Assembly (NCBI GenBank): GCA_964634105.1
Contig: CAZWIU010000007.1
Location: forward strand, 2,051 to 66,050
Reading direction: 5' to 3'
Source: an uncultured Bacteroidales bacterium
Lineage (GTDB): Bacteria > Bacteroidota > Bacteroidia > Bacteroidales > UBA10428
DNA length: 64,000 bases
The translations under genes were made by a program, and so were the position numbers. Under the pieces are notes generated by a model. The model was given only the letters and a program-made list of their open reading frames with translations. It was not told where the DNA came from and searched no databases. Positions 39,694 to 50,535 of the stretch are shown one piece after another. Position 1 is the stretch's first letter. Every line of letters starts with the position of its first letter.

Positions 39694-40569
39694 ATGATTG
39701 AATCGATGACAGGTTTTGGAAAAGCTGCCTGTGAGCTTGATAATAAAGTAGTTACTGTGGAGGTAAAATCGCTGAACAGCAAACAACTGGACATCTACAC
39801 ACGCCTGCCCAACATGTATAAAGAAAAAGAGCTGGAAATAAGAAATCTGCTCTCCCAGCAGCTGATCAGGGGGAAAGTTGAATTGTCAGTCAGCTACGAG
39901 AATACCGATATCTCCAGCACTGCGCAAATTAATATTCCGCTGGTAAAATCGTATTATCATCAGCTTAAAGAACTGGTCGCCGACCTTAACGCCAACGAAG
40001 AGGATTCCTTGCTGCAAACCATCATGCGTTTCCCCGATGCATTGAAAATTGAGAAGGAAGAGTTGGATGAAAATGAATGGGAATTGGTATTTGGGAAGGT
40101 GAAAGAAGCCCTGGTCCAGATTACCGAATTCAGAAAACAAGAAGGTAAAGCGTTGCAAAAGGACATCTTGGACCGCTTAAAACTTATCCGATCGCTACTG
40201 AAAGAAATTAATACTTTTGAAGCTGACCGCTTGACAAAACTTCGTGAAAAAATTTCTTCCTCTGTCCAAAGTATTGCTGACCAAACTAAAATTGATGAAA
40301 ACCGCTTTGAACAGGAGTTAATATACTATATTGAAAAACTTGATATAACGGAAGAAAAAGTACGCCTCGAAAATCATTGCCAGTTTTTTGAAGAAGTGAC
40401 ATTAAAAGAATCGGCAAATGGGAAGAAATTATCGTTTATTGCACAGGAGATGGGCAGAGAAATCAATACCATCGGTTCAAAAGCAAACCATTCCGATATA
40501 CAACGTACTGTTGTCCGGATGAAAGATGAACTTGAAAAAATAAAAGAACAATTGATGAATGTTTTATAA
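39694..40569 (+). CDS. yicC: YicC-family stress-induced protein
   Basis: MIESMTGFGKA..., C-terminus QEMGREINTIGSKAN. Confidence 0.9.
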   Translation: MIESMTGFGKAACELDNKVVTVEVKSLNSKQLDIYTRLPNMYKEKELEIRNLLSQQLIRGKVELSVSYENTDISSTAQINIPLVKSYYHQLKELVADLNANEEDSLLQTIMRFPDALKIEKEELDENEWELVFGKVKEALVQITEFRKQEGKALQKDILDRLKLIRSLLKEINTFEADRLTKLREKISSSVQSIADQTKIDENRFEQELIYYIEKLDITEEKVRLENHCQFFEEVTLKESANGKKLSFIAQEMGREINTIGSKANHSDIQRTVVRMKDELEKIKEQLMNVL

Positions 40570-40581
40570 TCTGACATCCAT

Positions 40582-41151
40582 ATGCCAGGAAAATTAGTTA
40601 TTCTATCAGGACCTTCGGGAGCAGGAAAATCGACCATTGTCAGGCATCTTCTGAGTAACCCCGATTACAATCTTGCATTTTCTGTTTCAGCGTGCAGCCG
40701 CAAAAAACGTGAAGGTGAAATTGAAGGAAAAGATTACTACTTCATCACTGTCGATTCTTTTAAATCAAAGATCGAAGAGCATGAGTTTCTTGAATGGGAA
40801 GAAGTTTACCCCTCGCTGTATTACGGAACTCTCAAAGCAGAAGTCGAGAAGCTCAGGTCGTTGGGGAAAAATGTAATTTTTGATGTTGATGTGATGGGGG
40901 GCATTAATATAAAACGAAAATATAAGGAAGAAGCGGTTTCAATATTTATTAAACCTCCCTCACTTGAAGTGCTGGAAGAGCGCCTTACCAAAAGGAATAC
41001 AGATACACCCGACAGCATTGCAAAGCGAGTGCGGAAAGCCAGGATGGAAATGGTATACGCCAATAAATTTGATCATCAGATCATCAATGAAGTAATTGAG
41101 ACAGCCTGTAAGGAAGCCGATCAGGTGGTGAGGAATTTTTTAAACTCATGA
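40582..41151 (+). CDS. gmk: guanylate kinase
   Basis: The P-loop is LSGPSGAGKST. ...EWEEVYPSLYYGT is also present. Confidence 0.95.
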   Translation: MPGKLVILSGPSGAGKSTIVRHLLSNPDYNLAFSVSACSRKKREGEIEGKDYYFITVDSFKSKIEEHEFLEWEEVYPSLYYGTLKAEVEKLRSLGKNVIFDVDVMGGINIKRKYKEEAVSIFIKPPSLEVLEERLTKRNTDTPDSIAKRVRKARMEMVYANKFDHQIINEVIETACKEADQVVRNFLNS

Positions 41152-41203
41152 TCCCTTAGGCAAAAACCGCTTTAAGTTTCATAATACACAGAACCAGCCT
41201 GTA

Positions 41204-41782
41204 ATGAAGGTCGGACTTTTTTTCGGTTCTTTTAATCCTGTTCATATAGGCCATATGGCCCTGGCAAACTATTTTGTGGAATTTACCGATCTGCAGGAAT
41301 TGTGGTTTGTTGTAAGTCCGCATAATCCGCTGAAAGAAAAAGAATCGCTCCTGGCAGATCATTTTCGCTTCGAGATGGTAGAACTGGCAATACGCGACGA
41401 CAGGCGATTCAGGGTTTGCGACGTGGAATTTAAAATGCCTAAGCCCTCGTTCACGATCGATACGCTGGCATACCTCTCCGAGAAATACCCGGCTCATAGT
41501 TTTGTACTCCTGATGGGCAGCGATGGTTTGTCAACCTTCGATAAGTGGAAGAATTACGAGCAGATCGTTGCCCGCTTTCCGCGGTATATTTACCCACGAA
41601 AATCAGATTTAGCGGTCGATTATTCCAAGCACAGAAACATCATGCTCATTGAAAATGCGCCGTTAATTGAAATTTCATCCAGTTTTATCAGGCAATCAAT
41701 TAGAGCAAAGAAGAATGTCGATTTCTTTCTTCCTGAGAAAGTTGCTGAGTATATCGATAAGTATAACCTGTATAAGAAATAG
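41204..41782 (+). CDS. nadD: nicotinate-nucleotide adenylyltransferase
   Basis: GLFFGSFNPVHIGHMALA...ISSSFIR. Confidence 0.9.
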   Translation: MKVGLFFGSFNPVHIGHMALANYFVEFTDLQELWFVVSPHNPLKEKESLLADHFRFEMVELAIRDDRRFRVCDVEFKMPKPSFTIDTLAYLSEKYPAHSFVLLMGSDGLSTFDKWKNYEQIVARFPRYIYPRKSDLAVDYSKHRNIMLIENAPLIEISSSFIRQSIRAKKNVDFFLPEKVAEYIDKYNLYKK

Positions 41783-41797
41783 TATCCGACTCCGGCG

Positions 41798-42343
41798 TCA
41801 GTTCAACTGTATCACTATCTCCATCCCCCGTTTAATAGCGTCAACATTTATGGGAATAAGATGGTGATGCCGCTTGGGTAACGATTCTTCAAGTCCTTTA
41901 ATTATATTCTCAACCAAAACAATTGGTTTAATTTTCAGAAATCCTCCCAGCACAATCATATTGAAAGCTCTTGCCTCACCCATCTTTACAGCCTCCTGGG
42001 CAGCTTCAACTTTATAAATCCTGATATCTTTCCGCACCGGATGGCGGGTAATTCCATTTGTATCGTACAGAAGTATTCCGCCAGGTTTGACAGTCGGCTC
42101 AAATTTATCGAGCGACTGCTGGTTCAGAATAATGGCTGTGTCGTAATTAGTCAGAATAGGAGAACTGATTCTCTCATCGCTAAGAATGACAGTGACATTG
42201 GCAGTTCCACCCCGCATCTCGGGTCCATAGGAAGGCATCCAGCTCACTTCCATATGTTGCATCATTCCCGAGTAGGCAAGAATTTTACCCATCGATAAAA
42301 CTCCCTGTCCGCCAAAACCTGCTATTATAATTTCTTCATTCAT
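41798..42343 (-). CDS. 2-oxoacid:ferredoxin oxidoreductase, gamma subunit
   Basis: IIAGFGGQGVLSMGKILA..., 181 aa, last gene of the OFOR operon. Confidence 0.85.
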   Translation of the reverse strand: MNEEIIIAGFGGQGVLSMGKILAYSGMMQHMEVSWMPSYGPEMRGGTANVTVILSDERISSPILTNYDTAIILNQQSLDKFEPTVKPGGILLYDTNGITRHPVRKDIRIYKVEAAQEAVKMGEARAFNMIVLGGFLKIKPIVLVENIIKGLEESLPKRHHHLIPINVDAIKRGMEIVIQLN

Positions 42344-42348
42344 TGATC

Positions 42349-43140
42349 TTAATTATTATTGGTTGGATTAACCAGTTTGCCGTCCACTTTTATATCGCCG
42401 ATCGGGTAGAAGGGAAACATATTTTCCTCCATCCATTTATTTGCTTCTGGGGGAGACATTTTCCAGCCCGAGTTACAATTTGAGACAAATTCAACCAGCG
42501 AAAGCCCTTTTTTCAACTTCTGGTTATCAAAAGCTTTCATCAACGCTTTTTTTGCTTTACGGACATGCGCAGGTGTGTGGACTGCCTGGCGGGTAACATA
42601 GTATGTACCCGGAAGGTGGGCAACCAGCTCTGTAATCCGGATAGGATTTCCCATTAAGGCAGTATCCCTGCCGTAGGGAGTTGTTGAGGACTTCATCCCT
42701 GCCAGTGTTGTCGGGGCCATTTGTCCGCCGGTCATCCCGTATATACCATTATTGACAAAGATGATGGTAATATTTTCTCCCCTGTTGCATGCATGAATAG
42801 TTTCGGCAGTTCCAATAGCTGCAAGGTCGCCATCGCCCTGATAGGTAAATACATACTTATCGGGCCAGCAGCGTTTAATACCAGTGGCAACGGCAGGGGC
42901 TCTGCCATGGGCAGCACTTGTCATATCAATATTCATAAAATCGTATGCAAGTACTGAACAACCTACCGAAGCAACACCAATGGTATCGGCACATATGCCT
43001 AACTCATCAACCACTTCCATGGTAAGACGGTGAATAGTTCCATGCCCGCACCCCGGACAAAATGAAAGAACTTCATCCGTCATACATTTTGTCTTCTGGT
43101 AGACAATGTTTTCTTCCTTAATTATATCGTTGATATCCAT
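42349..43140 (-). CDS. 2-oxoacid:ferredoxin oxidoreductase, beta (TPP-binding) subunit
   Basis: FCPGCGHG...GDGD...NNGIYGMTGGQ. Confidence 0.9.
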   Translation of the reverse strand: MDINDIIKEENIVYQKTKCMTDEVLSFCPGCGHGTIHRLTMEVVDELGICADTIGVASVGCSVLAYDFMNIDMTSAAHGRAPAVATGIKRCWPDKYVFTYQGDGDLAAIGTAETIHACNRGENITIIFVNNGIYGMTGGQMAPTTLAGMKSSTTPYGRDTALMGNPIRITELVAHLPGTYYVTRQAVHTPAHVRKAKKALMKAFDNQKLKKGLSLVEFVSNCNSGWKMSPPEANKWMEENMFPFYPIGDIKVDGKLVNPTNNN

Positions 43141-43158
43141 AGAGAGTAATCGTTATTT

Positions 43159-44226
43159 TTATTTGAGGAAAATAGATTTAAAAGCATTCAGCACTTCATC
43201 AGGTGAATGAATGGCACCTCCAAACCGTCCATAATGCTCAACGGGTACTTTACCATTAACAGCCAGTCGGACATCCTCTACCATTTGACCCGCGCTTAAT
43301 TCAACAGAAAGTATTCCCTTGACCTTTTGGGCATATTCAGCAATAATTTTTGTCGGGAATGGATACAGCGTGATCGGCCTGAGCAAACCTATCCTCAATC
43401 CTTCATTCCTGGCAAGCTTTATGGCCTTCTGACAAATACGTGCTGATGAGCCGTAGGCAACGAACAGGTAATCTATTTTGTTACAATCGATCTCCTCATA
43501 ACGGACTTCTTTCTCACACATTTCCCTGTATTTCTTCTGCAGGGCTTTATTATGCTCTTCCATTCGTGTCGCAATGAGATCAAGCGAGCTGATAATATTC
43601 CGTTTCCTGTCAGGAGTCTTACCTGTAACCACCCACGATTGATTAAAGGTTGTAGATCTGGGAACAGGATCGAATAGCTCAACTTTCTCCATCATCTGGC
43701 CAATCAACCCGTCAGAAAGTATCATAGCCGGGTTTCTGTATTTGAATGCCAGGTCGAAAGCCAGCTTTACAAAATCAGACATTTCCTGTACCGAGGCAGG
43801 AGCCAGCACAATGAGATGATAATCGCCATGACCTCCTCCCTTTGTAGCCTGGAAATAATCAGCCTGCGATGGCTGGATAGTTCCAAGGCCCGGACCGCCC
43901 CTGACTACATTTACTATCAAGCCTGGCAATTCGGAGCCTGCCATATAGGAAATGCCCTCCTGTTTCAGGCTAATTCCCGGGCTTGATGATGAGGTCATCG
44001 CTTTTTTCCCTGTACTAGCAGCGCCATATACCATATTTATTGCAGCAACCTCACTTTCTGCCTGCAATACAACCATCCCGGTACGTTTATGGGGTTCCTG
44101 CAATGTTAAGTATTCCAGTACCTCCGATTGCGGAGTAATAGGATAACCAAAATAGGCATCTACTCCCGCCCGGATAGCCGCTTCGGCAATAGCCTCATTG
44201 CCTTTCATTAGTTTAATTTCGCCCAT
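43159..44226 (-). CDS. 2-oxoacid:ferredoxin oxidoreductase, alpha subunit (KorA/VorB-like)
   Basis: MKGNEAIAEAAIRAGVDAYFGYPITPQSE... Confidence 0.9.
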   Translation of the reverse strand: MGEIKLMKGNEAIAEAAIRAGVDAYFGYPITPQSEVLEYLTLQEPHKRTGMVVLQAESEVAAINMVYGAASTGKKAMTSSSSPGISLKQEGISYMAGSELPGLIVNVVRGGPGLGTIQPSQADYFQATKGGGHGDYHLIVLAPASVQEMSDFVKLAFDLAFKYRNPAMILSDGLIGQMMEKVELFDPVPRSTTFNQSWVVTGKTPDRKRNIISSLDLIATRMEEHNKALQKKYREMCEKEVRYEEIDCNKIDYLFVAYGSSARICQKAIKLARNEGLRIGLLRPITLYPFPTKIIAEYAQKVKGILSVELSAGQMVEDVRLAVNGKVPVEHYGRFGGAIHSPDEVLNAFKSIFLK

Positions 44227-44231
44227 TGAGA

Positions 44232-44474
44232 TTATTTTTCAGATTCAACTTTTATACGATATACGGTAATAACACCATCGGGACAAACAATGGCACAATT
44301 CATACAACCTGTACAAGCATCGGGATTTTCCATGTAGGCATACTGGTATCCCTTACCGTTGACTGTCGATGTCATATTGATAACCTGTACATTGCAGGCG
44401 CCAATGCATAGCCTGCAACCTTTACACTTCTCAATATCTATTACAATGGCACCTTTTACTTTAGCCATAATCAA
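44232..44474 (-). CDS. 2-oxoacid:ferredoxin oxidoreductase, delta subunit (2x[4Fe-4S] ferredoxin)
   Basis: CKGCRLCIGAC and CTGCMNCAIVCP motifs. The start may be M3 (44468). Confidence 0.85.
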   Translation of the reverse strand: MIMAKVKGAIVIDIEKCKGCRLCIGACNVQVINMTSTVNGKGYQYAYMENPDACTGCMNCAIVCPDGVITVYRIKVESEK

Positions 44475-44810
44475 TACGAATTAATGACTGTTGATATACT
44501 AAATAACAATTTTAGTTGAAGGGAGTTTTACTTAAGGTATGTAAATAATAAAACCAGCGGCGGTCAACCGAAAAATTCTGTGCAAGATTAGTAAAATTTT
44601 AAATAACAGATCATTTTTTAAAGAAAATTATTTGTTAATACACTATTCAATCGTTGTTTTTTTACCTTCCGACTGTTAAGCAAACCAGAGATAATAAGTA
44701 GGGCCAATCAAATGGCTGAATAATTGCAGTTCTAAAAAACTCACCCTGAAAAATAACCATTATTCCTTTTCTTCGTACATTTAAGATGTATTACTAAAAT
44801 CTCTCCAAAC

Positions 44811-46508
44811 ATGAAATTAAAATTACTAGTAACCATCAGTTTTGGCTGCGTATTGACTGTTTGTACGTTAGCGCAAAATGTACCCAATGGGGGTTTTGAA
44901 AATTGGGAAAACCGCACTCTTTACGAAGAACCTGTTTCCTGGAATACCGGGAACCTGGAAGCTTTTATGTACAGTACTGCAACAGCTCGCGACACAAGTG
45001 ATAGCTATAGTGGTGAACTGGCTTTACGAATTGAGACTGTGGTAATAGAGGAAGATACCTTATTCGGATATGCCTTCTGCCAGGGTAGTGTAACAAATGG
45101 CAGCGTTTCAGACACCTTATTCTATGAAGGTGGTATTCCAATCAGTGGCGCCCCGGATTCACTTTTCGGCTATTTTAAATACCACGTTGCTGCAAACGAT
45201 ACTGCCATTGTACTTGCTTCATTTAAGCACCAGGGTAAGATAATCAGTCAGAATATATTCTCTCTGACTGGCGATCAGAATTCCTATATTAAAATGGGAT
45301 GGGAAATAGATAATATGGTTGAAACTCCCGATACAGCAATGATCGCTTTTGCCTGCAGTAATCCCGATAATCCTATGCCCGGTGGATGGATGCAAATCGA
45401 CTCCCTGTGGTTCGGAGGTATTGCCGACACCATTCCAAATGCCGATTTTGAAAGATGGGAGACAAACAGCTACCAGGAGCCTGTAAATTGGGTAACAGCC
45501 AACATATTCTCTGCCCTGTTTGGCGGAGATGCATCTGCAACCCCTTCGACCGATGCACATAGCGGAAGCTATTCGCTCAGGATCGAAAGTGTTGAAACCA
45601 TGATACCCTCCGAAGATGGATTTTCTAATGCAGTAGTAGGATTTGGAATGCCATATTCCGGTTCATTCTTCTTTGGCGAGTCAATGCCAACTTTCTCTGT
45701 CGATTTCAATCCTTCAGGATTGCGAGGGTACTACAAGTTCGACCCGATGATTGATGATACGGCAATGATCATGGTTATCCTTACCGATTCAGAAGAAAAT
45801 TCTTATTACGGAGGTACCCTTCTCACTGCATCTGATACCTATACCTCATTCACCGTGGGTTTCATGATTCCCACCAATGTTGATATTACAGAAGTAGGAA
45901 TGGTCGTAAGTACATCAACGTATTTTATGCAGGGCGATGGCCAAAGTGGCGACGTAGGAAGCATACTCCTGCTCGATGATCTTGAGCTTATTAATCCATG
46001 CGACGGAAATACATTTGCTATATACAGTGTAATTTCTCCGACCTGCGATAATGATACCGCTGTAATAGATGCCGGTTCCGGATGGGATGAATACCTGTGG
46101 TCAAACGGTGCAACATCGCAGAGTATTTCCGTTGTAATCACCGATGCGGCCACATATAGTGTAACGGTCACAGATAATGCAACCGGTTGCGAATATTCCG
46201 ACGAAGTAGATATTACCCTTCCAATTTGTGATGCCATCGATCATAATGATGGGTATCAGACTTCTGTCGACATCTTCCCAAATCCATCTTCCGGTTTAAT
46301 TTCACTTGCATTTCATAATCATTTAAGCGGTGAATTTGTTGCTGAAATTATTGCTGTAACAGGTAAAACGTTGAAGAAGGAGACATTATCAATTTCACAA
46401 ACCGGAAATGAAGCCCGGTTAGATCTCTCTGACTGCCCTTCCGGACTTTACCTGATAAAGATAACCGGCAATAACTTCAATCATTGTGAAAGGATTATGA
46501 TTAACTAG
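44811..46508 (+). CDS. secreted protein with two PCMD-like (putative carbohydrate-metabolism) domains and a T9SS C-terminal sorting domain
   Basis: A signal peptide is present. There are two repeats beginning VPNGGFENWENRTLYEEPVSWNTGN and IPNADFERWETNSYQEPVNWVTAN. The C-terminus is VDIFPNPSSGLISL...GLYLIKITG... Confidence 0.6.
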   Translation: MKLKLLVTISFGCVLTVCTLAQNVPNGGFENWENRTLYEEPVSWNTGNLEAFMYSTATARDTSDSYSGELALRIETVVIEEDTLFGYAFCQGSVTNGSVSDTLFYEGGIPISGAPDSLFGYFKYHVAANDTAIVLASFKHQGKIISQNIFSLTGDQNSYIKMGWEIDNMVETPDTAMIAFACSNPDNPMPGGWMQIDSLWFGGIADTIPNADFERWETNSYQEPVNWVTANIFSALFGGDASATPSTDAHSGSYSLRIESVETMIPSEDGFSNAVVGFGMPYSGSFFFGESMPTFSVDFNPSGLRGYYKFDPMIDDTAMIMVILTDSEENSYYGGTLLTASDTYTSFTVGFMIPTNVDITEVGMVVSTSTYFMQGDGQSGDVGSILLLDDLELINPCDGNTFAIYSVISPTCDNDTAVIDAGSGWDEYLWSNGATSQSISVVITDAATYSVTVTDNATGCEYSDEVDITLPICDAIDHNDGYQTSVDIFPNPSSGLISLAFHNHLSGEFVAEIIAVTGKTLKKETLSISQTGNEARLDLSDCPSGLYLIKITGNNFNHCERIMIN

Positions 46509-46532
46509 TCTGTCGTATTTTTATCACTCAAT

Positions 46533-46580
46533 AAGGTCGTATCAGTTCCTGTTTTGGTTTTCGATACGGCCTTATTTTAT
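46533..46580 (+). terminator. rho-independent terminator after the PCMD/T9SS gene
   Basis: The stem aaggtcgtatc (46533-46543) pairs with gatacggcctt (46563-46573) and is followed by attttat. Confidence 0.55.
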
Positions 46581-46622
46581 AATTTAATCTATTTTAAGAT
46601 TTTCATATCTGTTAATATTTTT

Positions 46623-46630
46623 TACTTTTG
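46623..46630 (+). promoter_or_regulatory. candidate -7 promoter box upstream of the metY leader
   Basis: TACTTTTG is a perfect TAnnTTTG match, 54 nt upstream of the leader ATG. A weaker second box, TTCCTTTG, lies at 46658-46665. Confidence 0.35.
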
Positions 46631-46683
46631 ATTCTTGTTGAAATCGAAAAGATTTGCTTCCTTTGCATTATCAATTAATAACC

Positions 46684-46767
46684 ATGATAAACACATCACT
46701 CTGCATAAAAAAATTCCTGATGCTTACCCTTGTTAAGCCTATGTGCATGTGTTGGTGTTGCAGGTAA
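46684..46767 (+). promoter_or_regulatory. candidate Met/Cys-rich leader peptide ORF (27 codons) upstream of metY
   Basis: atg ata aac ... cct atg tgc atg tgt tgg tgt tgc agg taa translates as MINTSLCIKKFLMLTLVKPMCMCWCCR. Six of the last eight codons are Met or Cys. The ORF ends 68 nt before the metY ATG. Confidence 0.4.
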
Positions 46768-46808
46768 TCCGTGATTACTAATCCCTTTGTATTTTCCTGT
46801 TATATTAA

Positions 46809-48134
<1,326 letters not shown>

Positions 48135-48157
48135 GGATTTCATAACCACATAACATG

Positions 48158-48200
48158 AACCGGAGATCAATATTAACAGATCCCGGTTTTAATATTTTTA
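48158..48200 (+). terminator. rho-independent terminator after metY
   Basis: aaccggagatc (48158-48168) pairs with gatcccggtt (48179-48188) with one bulge. A T-rich tail ttaatattttt follows. Confidence 0.6.
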
Positions 48201-48224
48201 GAGACTGTCTAAGTTTTAGTAATT

Positions 48225-48299
48225 CCTTGTGTCGTTGAGTCTTAGTGGCAAAAAAATATAGCCACAAAGGCTCTATCCCGAATGATTCGGGACACTAAG
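48225..48299. repeat. inverted-repeat element of the CACTAAG/CACAAAG family
   Basis: ccttgtgtcgttgagtcttagtggc - aaaaaaatata - gccacaaaggctc...gggacactaag, with an inner hairpin tcccgaa/ttcggga (48276-48292). Confidence 0.55.
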
Positions 48300-48452
48300 A
48301 TTACAATAAGATTCTCTGGTCTCAGACCGAATTTAGTAGTTACTATGATATCAATGCAAATTTTTGATACAATGCATGATATAAAATTTTTAAACAGTCT
48401 CTTAACATAATACAAGCAGTAAATAGGATACTTAATTAATAGTACAATTTTA

Positions 48453-48460
48453 TACTTTTG
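48453..48460 (+). promoter_or_regulatory. candidate -7 promoter box for hydF
   Basis: TACTTTTG lies 22 nt upstream of the ATG at 48482. Confidence 0.35.
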
Positions 48461-48481
48461 CCTTTCAATGCGTGATAAACA

Positions 48482-49729
48482 ATGACAAGAGGAAGAGAAA
48501 ACAAACCCCATATCGGGATTTTCGGAAGACGTAACAACGGAAAAAGTTCAATGATCAATGCCCTTGTTGGACAGGATGTGGCCATTGTTTCGGAAGTTGC
48601 AGGTACAACCACCGACCCGGTGAAAAAGAGTGTTGAGATATTTGGAATCGGCCCGGCTATTATTGTCGATACGGCAGGTATTGACGATACGGGCGAGTTG
48701 GGAAAACTTCGCATAAAAAAAACAAAAGCCATAATCGATCAGGTCGATCTTGCCATTCTTGTCATAACTAATAATGAATTCGATACGTTTGAAAAAAGCC
48801 TTATACAATCCTTTCAGGAAAGAGAACTTCCGTATGTAATTGTATATAATAAAATAGATCTGTATGCTCCTTCAGATAAGATAAAAGAAGCGGTCCATGA
48901 ATTAACTGGCAGCGCACTCATTGAATATTCAGCCGTAAATCCCGACAAATATAATCCGGAACTGGTCCGCGTATTGGTTGAACGAATGCCCCAAAGTGCA
49001 TACCAGATGAAAGGATTGCTTGGAGATTTGTTAAATCCATCTGATATAGTGTTGCTGATTACCCCCATCGACACGGAAGCCCCCGATGGCAGAATGATTC
49101 TTCCGCAGGTCCAGGTAATACGGGATACCCTCGATAACAATTGCACCGCGATTGTGCTGAAAGAAAACGAGGTGGAAAATTTTCTGAAAAAGACAGGGAT
49201 CAAACCAAAAATAGCAATTACCGACAGCCAGGTTTTTGGCAAAATCAGCAAAATAATCCCCCGGGATATTCCTCTCACCAGCTTCAGTATCGTTCTGGCC
49301 CGGCAAAAAGGAGATTTCAAAGAATATATCAAAGGAACGCCGAAAATAGCTGAACTAAAAGACGGAGATCGTGTATTAATACTTGAATCATGTTCGCACC
49401 ATATCTCATGCGACGATATAGGAAGGATAAAAATCCCACGCTGGATTGCCAACTATACAGGCAAAAACTTGCACTTCGATACGGTGGCTGGTCTCGATAA
49501 GCTTCCCAGACCTGTTGATGATTACGCTCTTGTTATTCAGTGCGGAGCCTGTATGATCACGCACCGTCAGCTTATGAACCGTCTGAGGGGCGCTAAGGAA
49601 AAAAATATTCCGGTCACCAACTACGGAATGGCTATTGCTTATGTTCATGGAATATTTGAAAGGGTTGTGGAGCCCTTTATTGGAAAAACCATGTTGGAAC
49701 TAAGATCATTTAATGGGGAACCTGACTAA
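48482..49729 (+). CDS. hydF: [FeFe]-hydrogenase H-cluster maturation GTPase HydF
   Basis: The GTPase region is HIGIFGRRNNGKSSMINALVGQDVAIVSEVAGTTTDPV...DTAGIDD. The C-terminal cluster ligands are ESCSHH...VIQCGACMITHRQ. Confidence 0.85.
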   Translation: MTRGRENKPHIGIFGRRNNGKSSMINALVGQDVAIVSEVAGTTTDPVKKSVEIFGIGPAIIVDTAGIDDTGELGKLRIKKTKAIIDQVDLAILVITNNEFDTFEKSLIQSFQERELPYVIVYNKIDLYAPSDKIKEAVHELTGSALIEYSAVNPDKYNPELVRVLVERMPQSAYQMKGLLGDLLNPSDIVLLITPIDTEAPDGRMILPQVQVIRDTLDNNCTAIVLKENEVENFLKKTGIKPKIAITDSQVFGKISKIIPRDIPLTSFSIVLARQKGDFKEYIKGTPKIAELKDGDRVLILESCSHHISCDDIGRIKIPRWIANYTGKNLHFDTVAGLDKLPRPVDDYALVIQCGACMITHRQLMNRLRGAKEKNIPVTNYGMAIAYVHGIFERVVEPFIGKTMLELRSFNGEPD

Positions 49730-49777
49730 TACGCAACCTATCTTCTTCTGAATTCATCTGGGTATAAACTATCGATT

Positions 49778-50131
49778 ATGGCTCGTTGTTTTACCTTTAG
49801 TACTCTCATTCTTATATTATTTGCCAGTTGCATTAATGAAGAGGATAATACGTTTCGATTAAACGAACCTTTTATTATTCAGTATGGTGAATCTATGTAT
49901 AATCCGGCATTCAATATTATAATCAGTTTTGAATCTGTCCCGGAGGATTCAAGGTGCCCTGAAGGTTGTTATTGCATATGGGAGGGAAATGCCAAAGCAT
50001 CTTTTGTACTATATAATCTCCCGATTAAAAAGAAGTTTGAGCTAGATACTCATCATGGAGAAAATTATTTGAATGAAAGAATAGTTATAGGTTATTCGAT
50101 TAGGCTTATTTCATTATATCGTGAATCATAA
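49778..50131 (+). CDS. small lipoprotein, function unknown
   Basis: 117 aa, lipobox ILFASC. I recognise no motif. Confidence 0.45.
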   Translation: MARCFTFSTLILILFASCINEEDNTFRLNEPFIIQYGESMYNPAFNIIISFESVPEDSRCPEGCYCIWEGNAKASFVLYNLPIKKKFELDTHHGENYLNERIVIGYSIRLISLYRES

Positions 50132-50236
50132 GTTAAAACACCCAACTATTTTGATAATGATATGGAATCCCATAGTCAGTGGGATTGGAAAAACTATTAT
50201 GCTGAGCTGGAAATTTCGAAATAAAGAGTTATTCTC

Positions 50237-50530
50237 CTAACACCCTTTGGTACATGCACATTCCGATTTCCCACCGTTAAAATACCCCTCGATGATTCCT
50301 TTTGCACAGCCGCAGCCCAATCCTGAAAGCACTGTTATCGCCTGTTGTTCGCAGTTTAATGCACAGGCGCCGCATTCCATACAGTAATCGCGCCTGACTA
50401 TGTGTGCCTTGCCTCCTGAAATTTCAAATACGGCATGCGGACAAACCTTCACACACATCCCACAGGCATTGCATTTTGCCTGGTCTAATGCTAATGTTAC
50501 AACATCTTTCAAGTACACAAAGTCTTTCAT
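50237..50530 (-). CDS. hgcB: mercury-methylation ferredoxin HgcB (2x[4Fe-4S])
   Basis: CNACGMCVKVCP and CMECGACALNCE motifs (C(M/I)ECGA is the HgcB hallmark). The C-terminal tail is Cys-rich (SECACTKGC). It starts 5 nt after the hgcA stop. Confidence 0.85.
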   Translation of the reverse strand: MKDFVYLKDVVTLALDQAKCNACGMCVKVCPHAVFEISGGKAHIVRRDYCMECGACALNCEQQAITVLSGLGCGCAKGIIEGYFNGGKSECACTKGC

Positions 50531-50535
50531 GAGTT

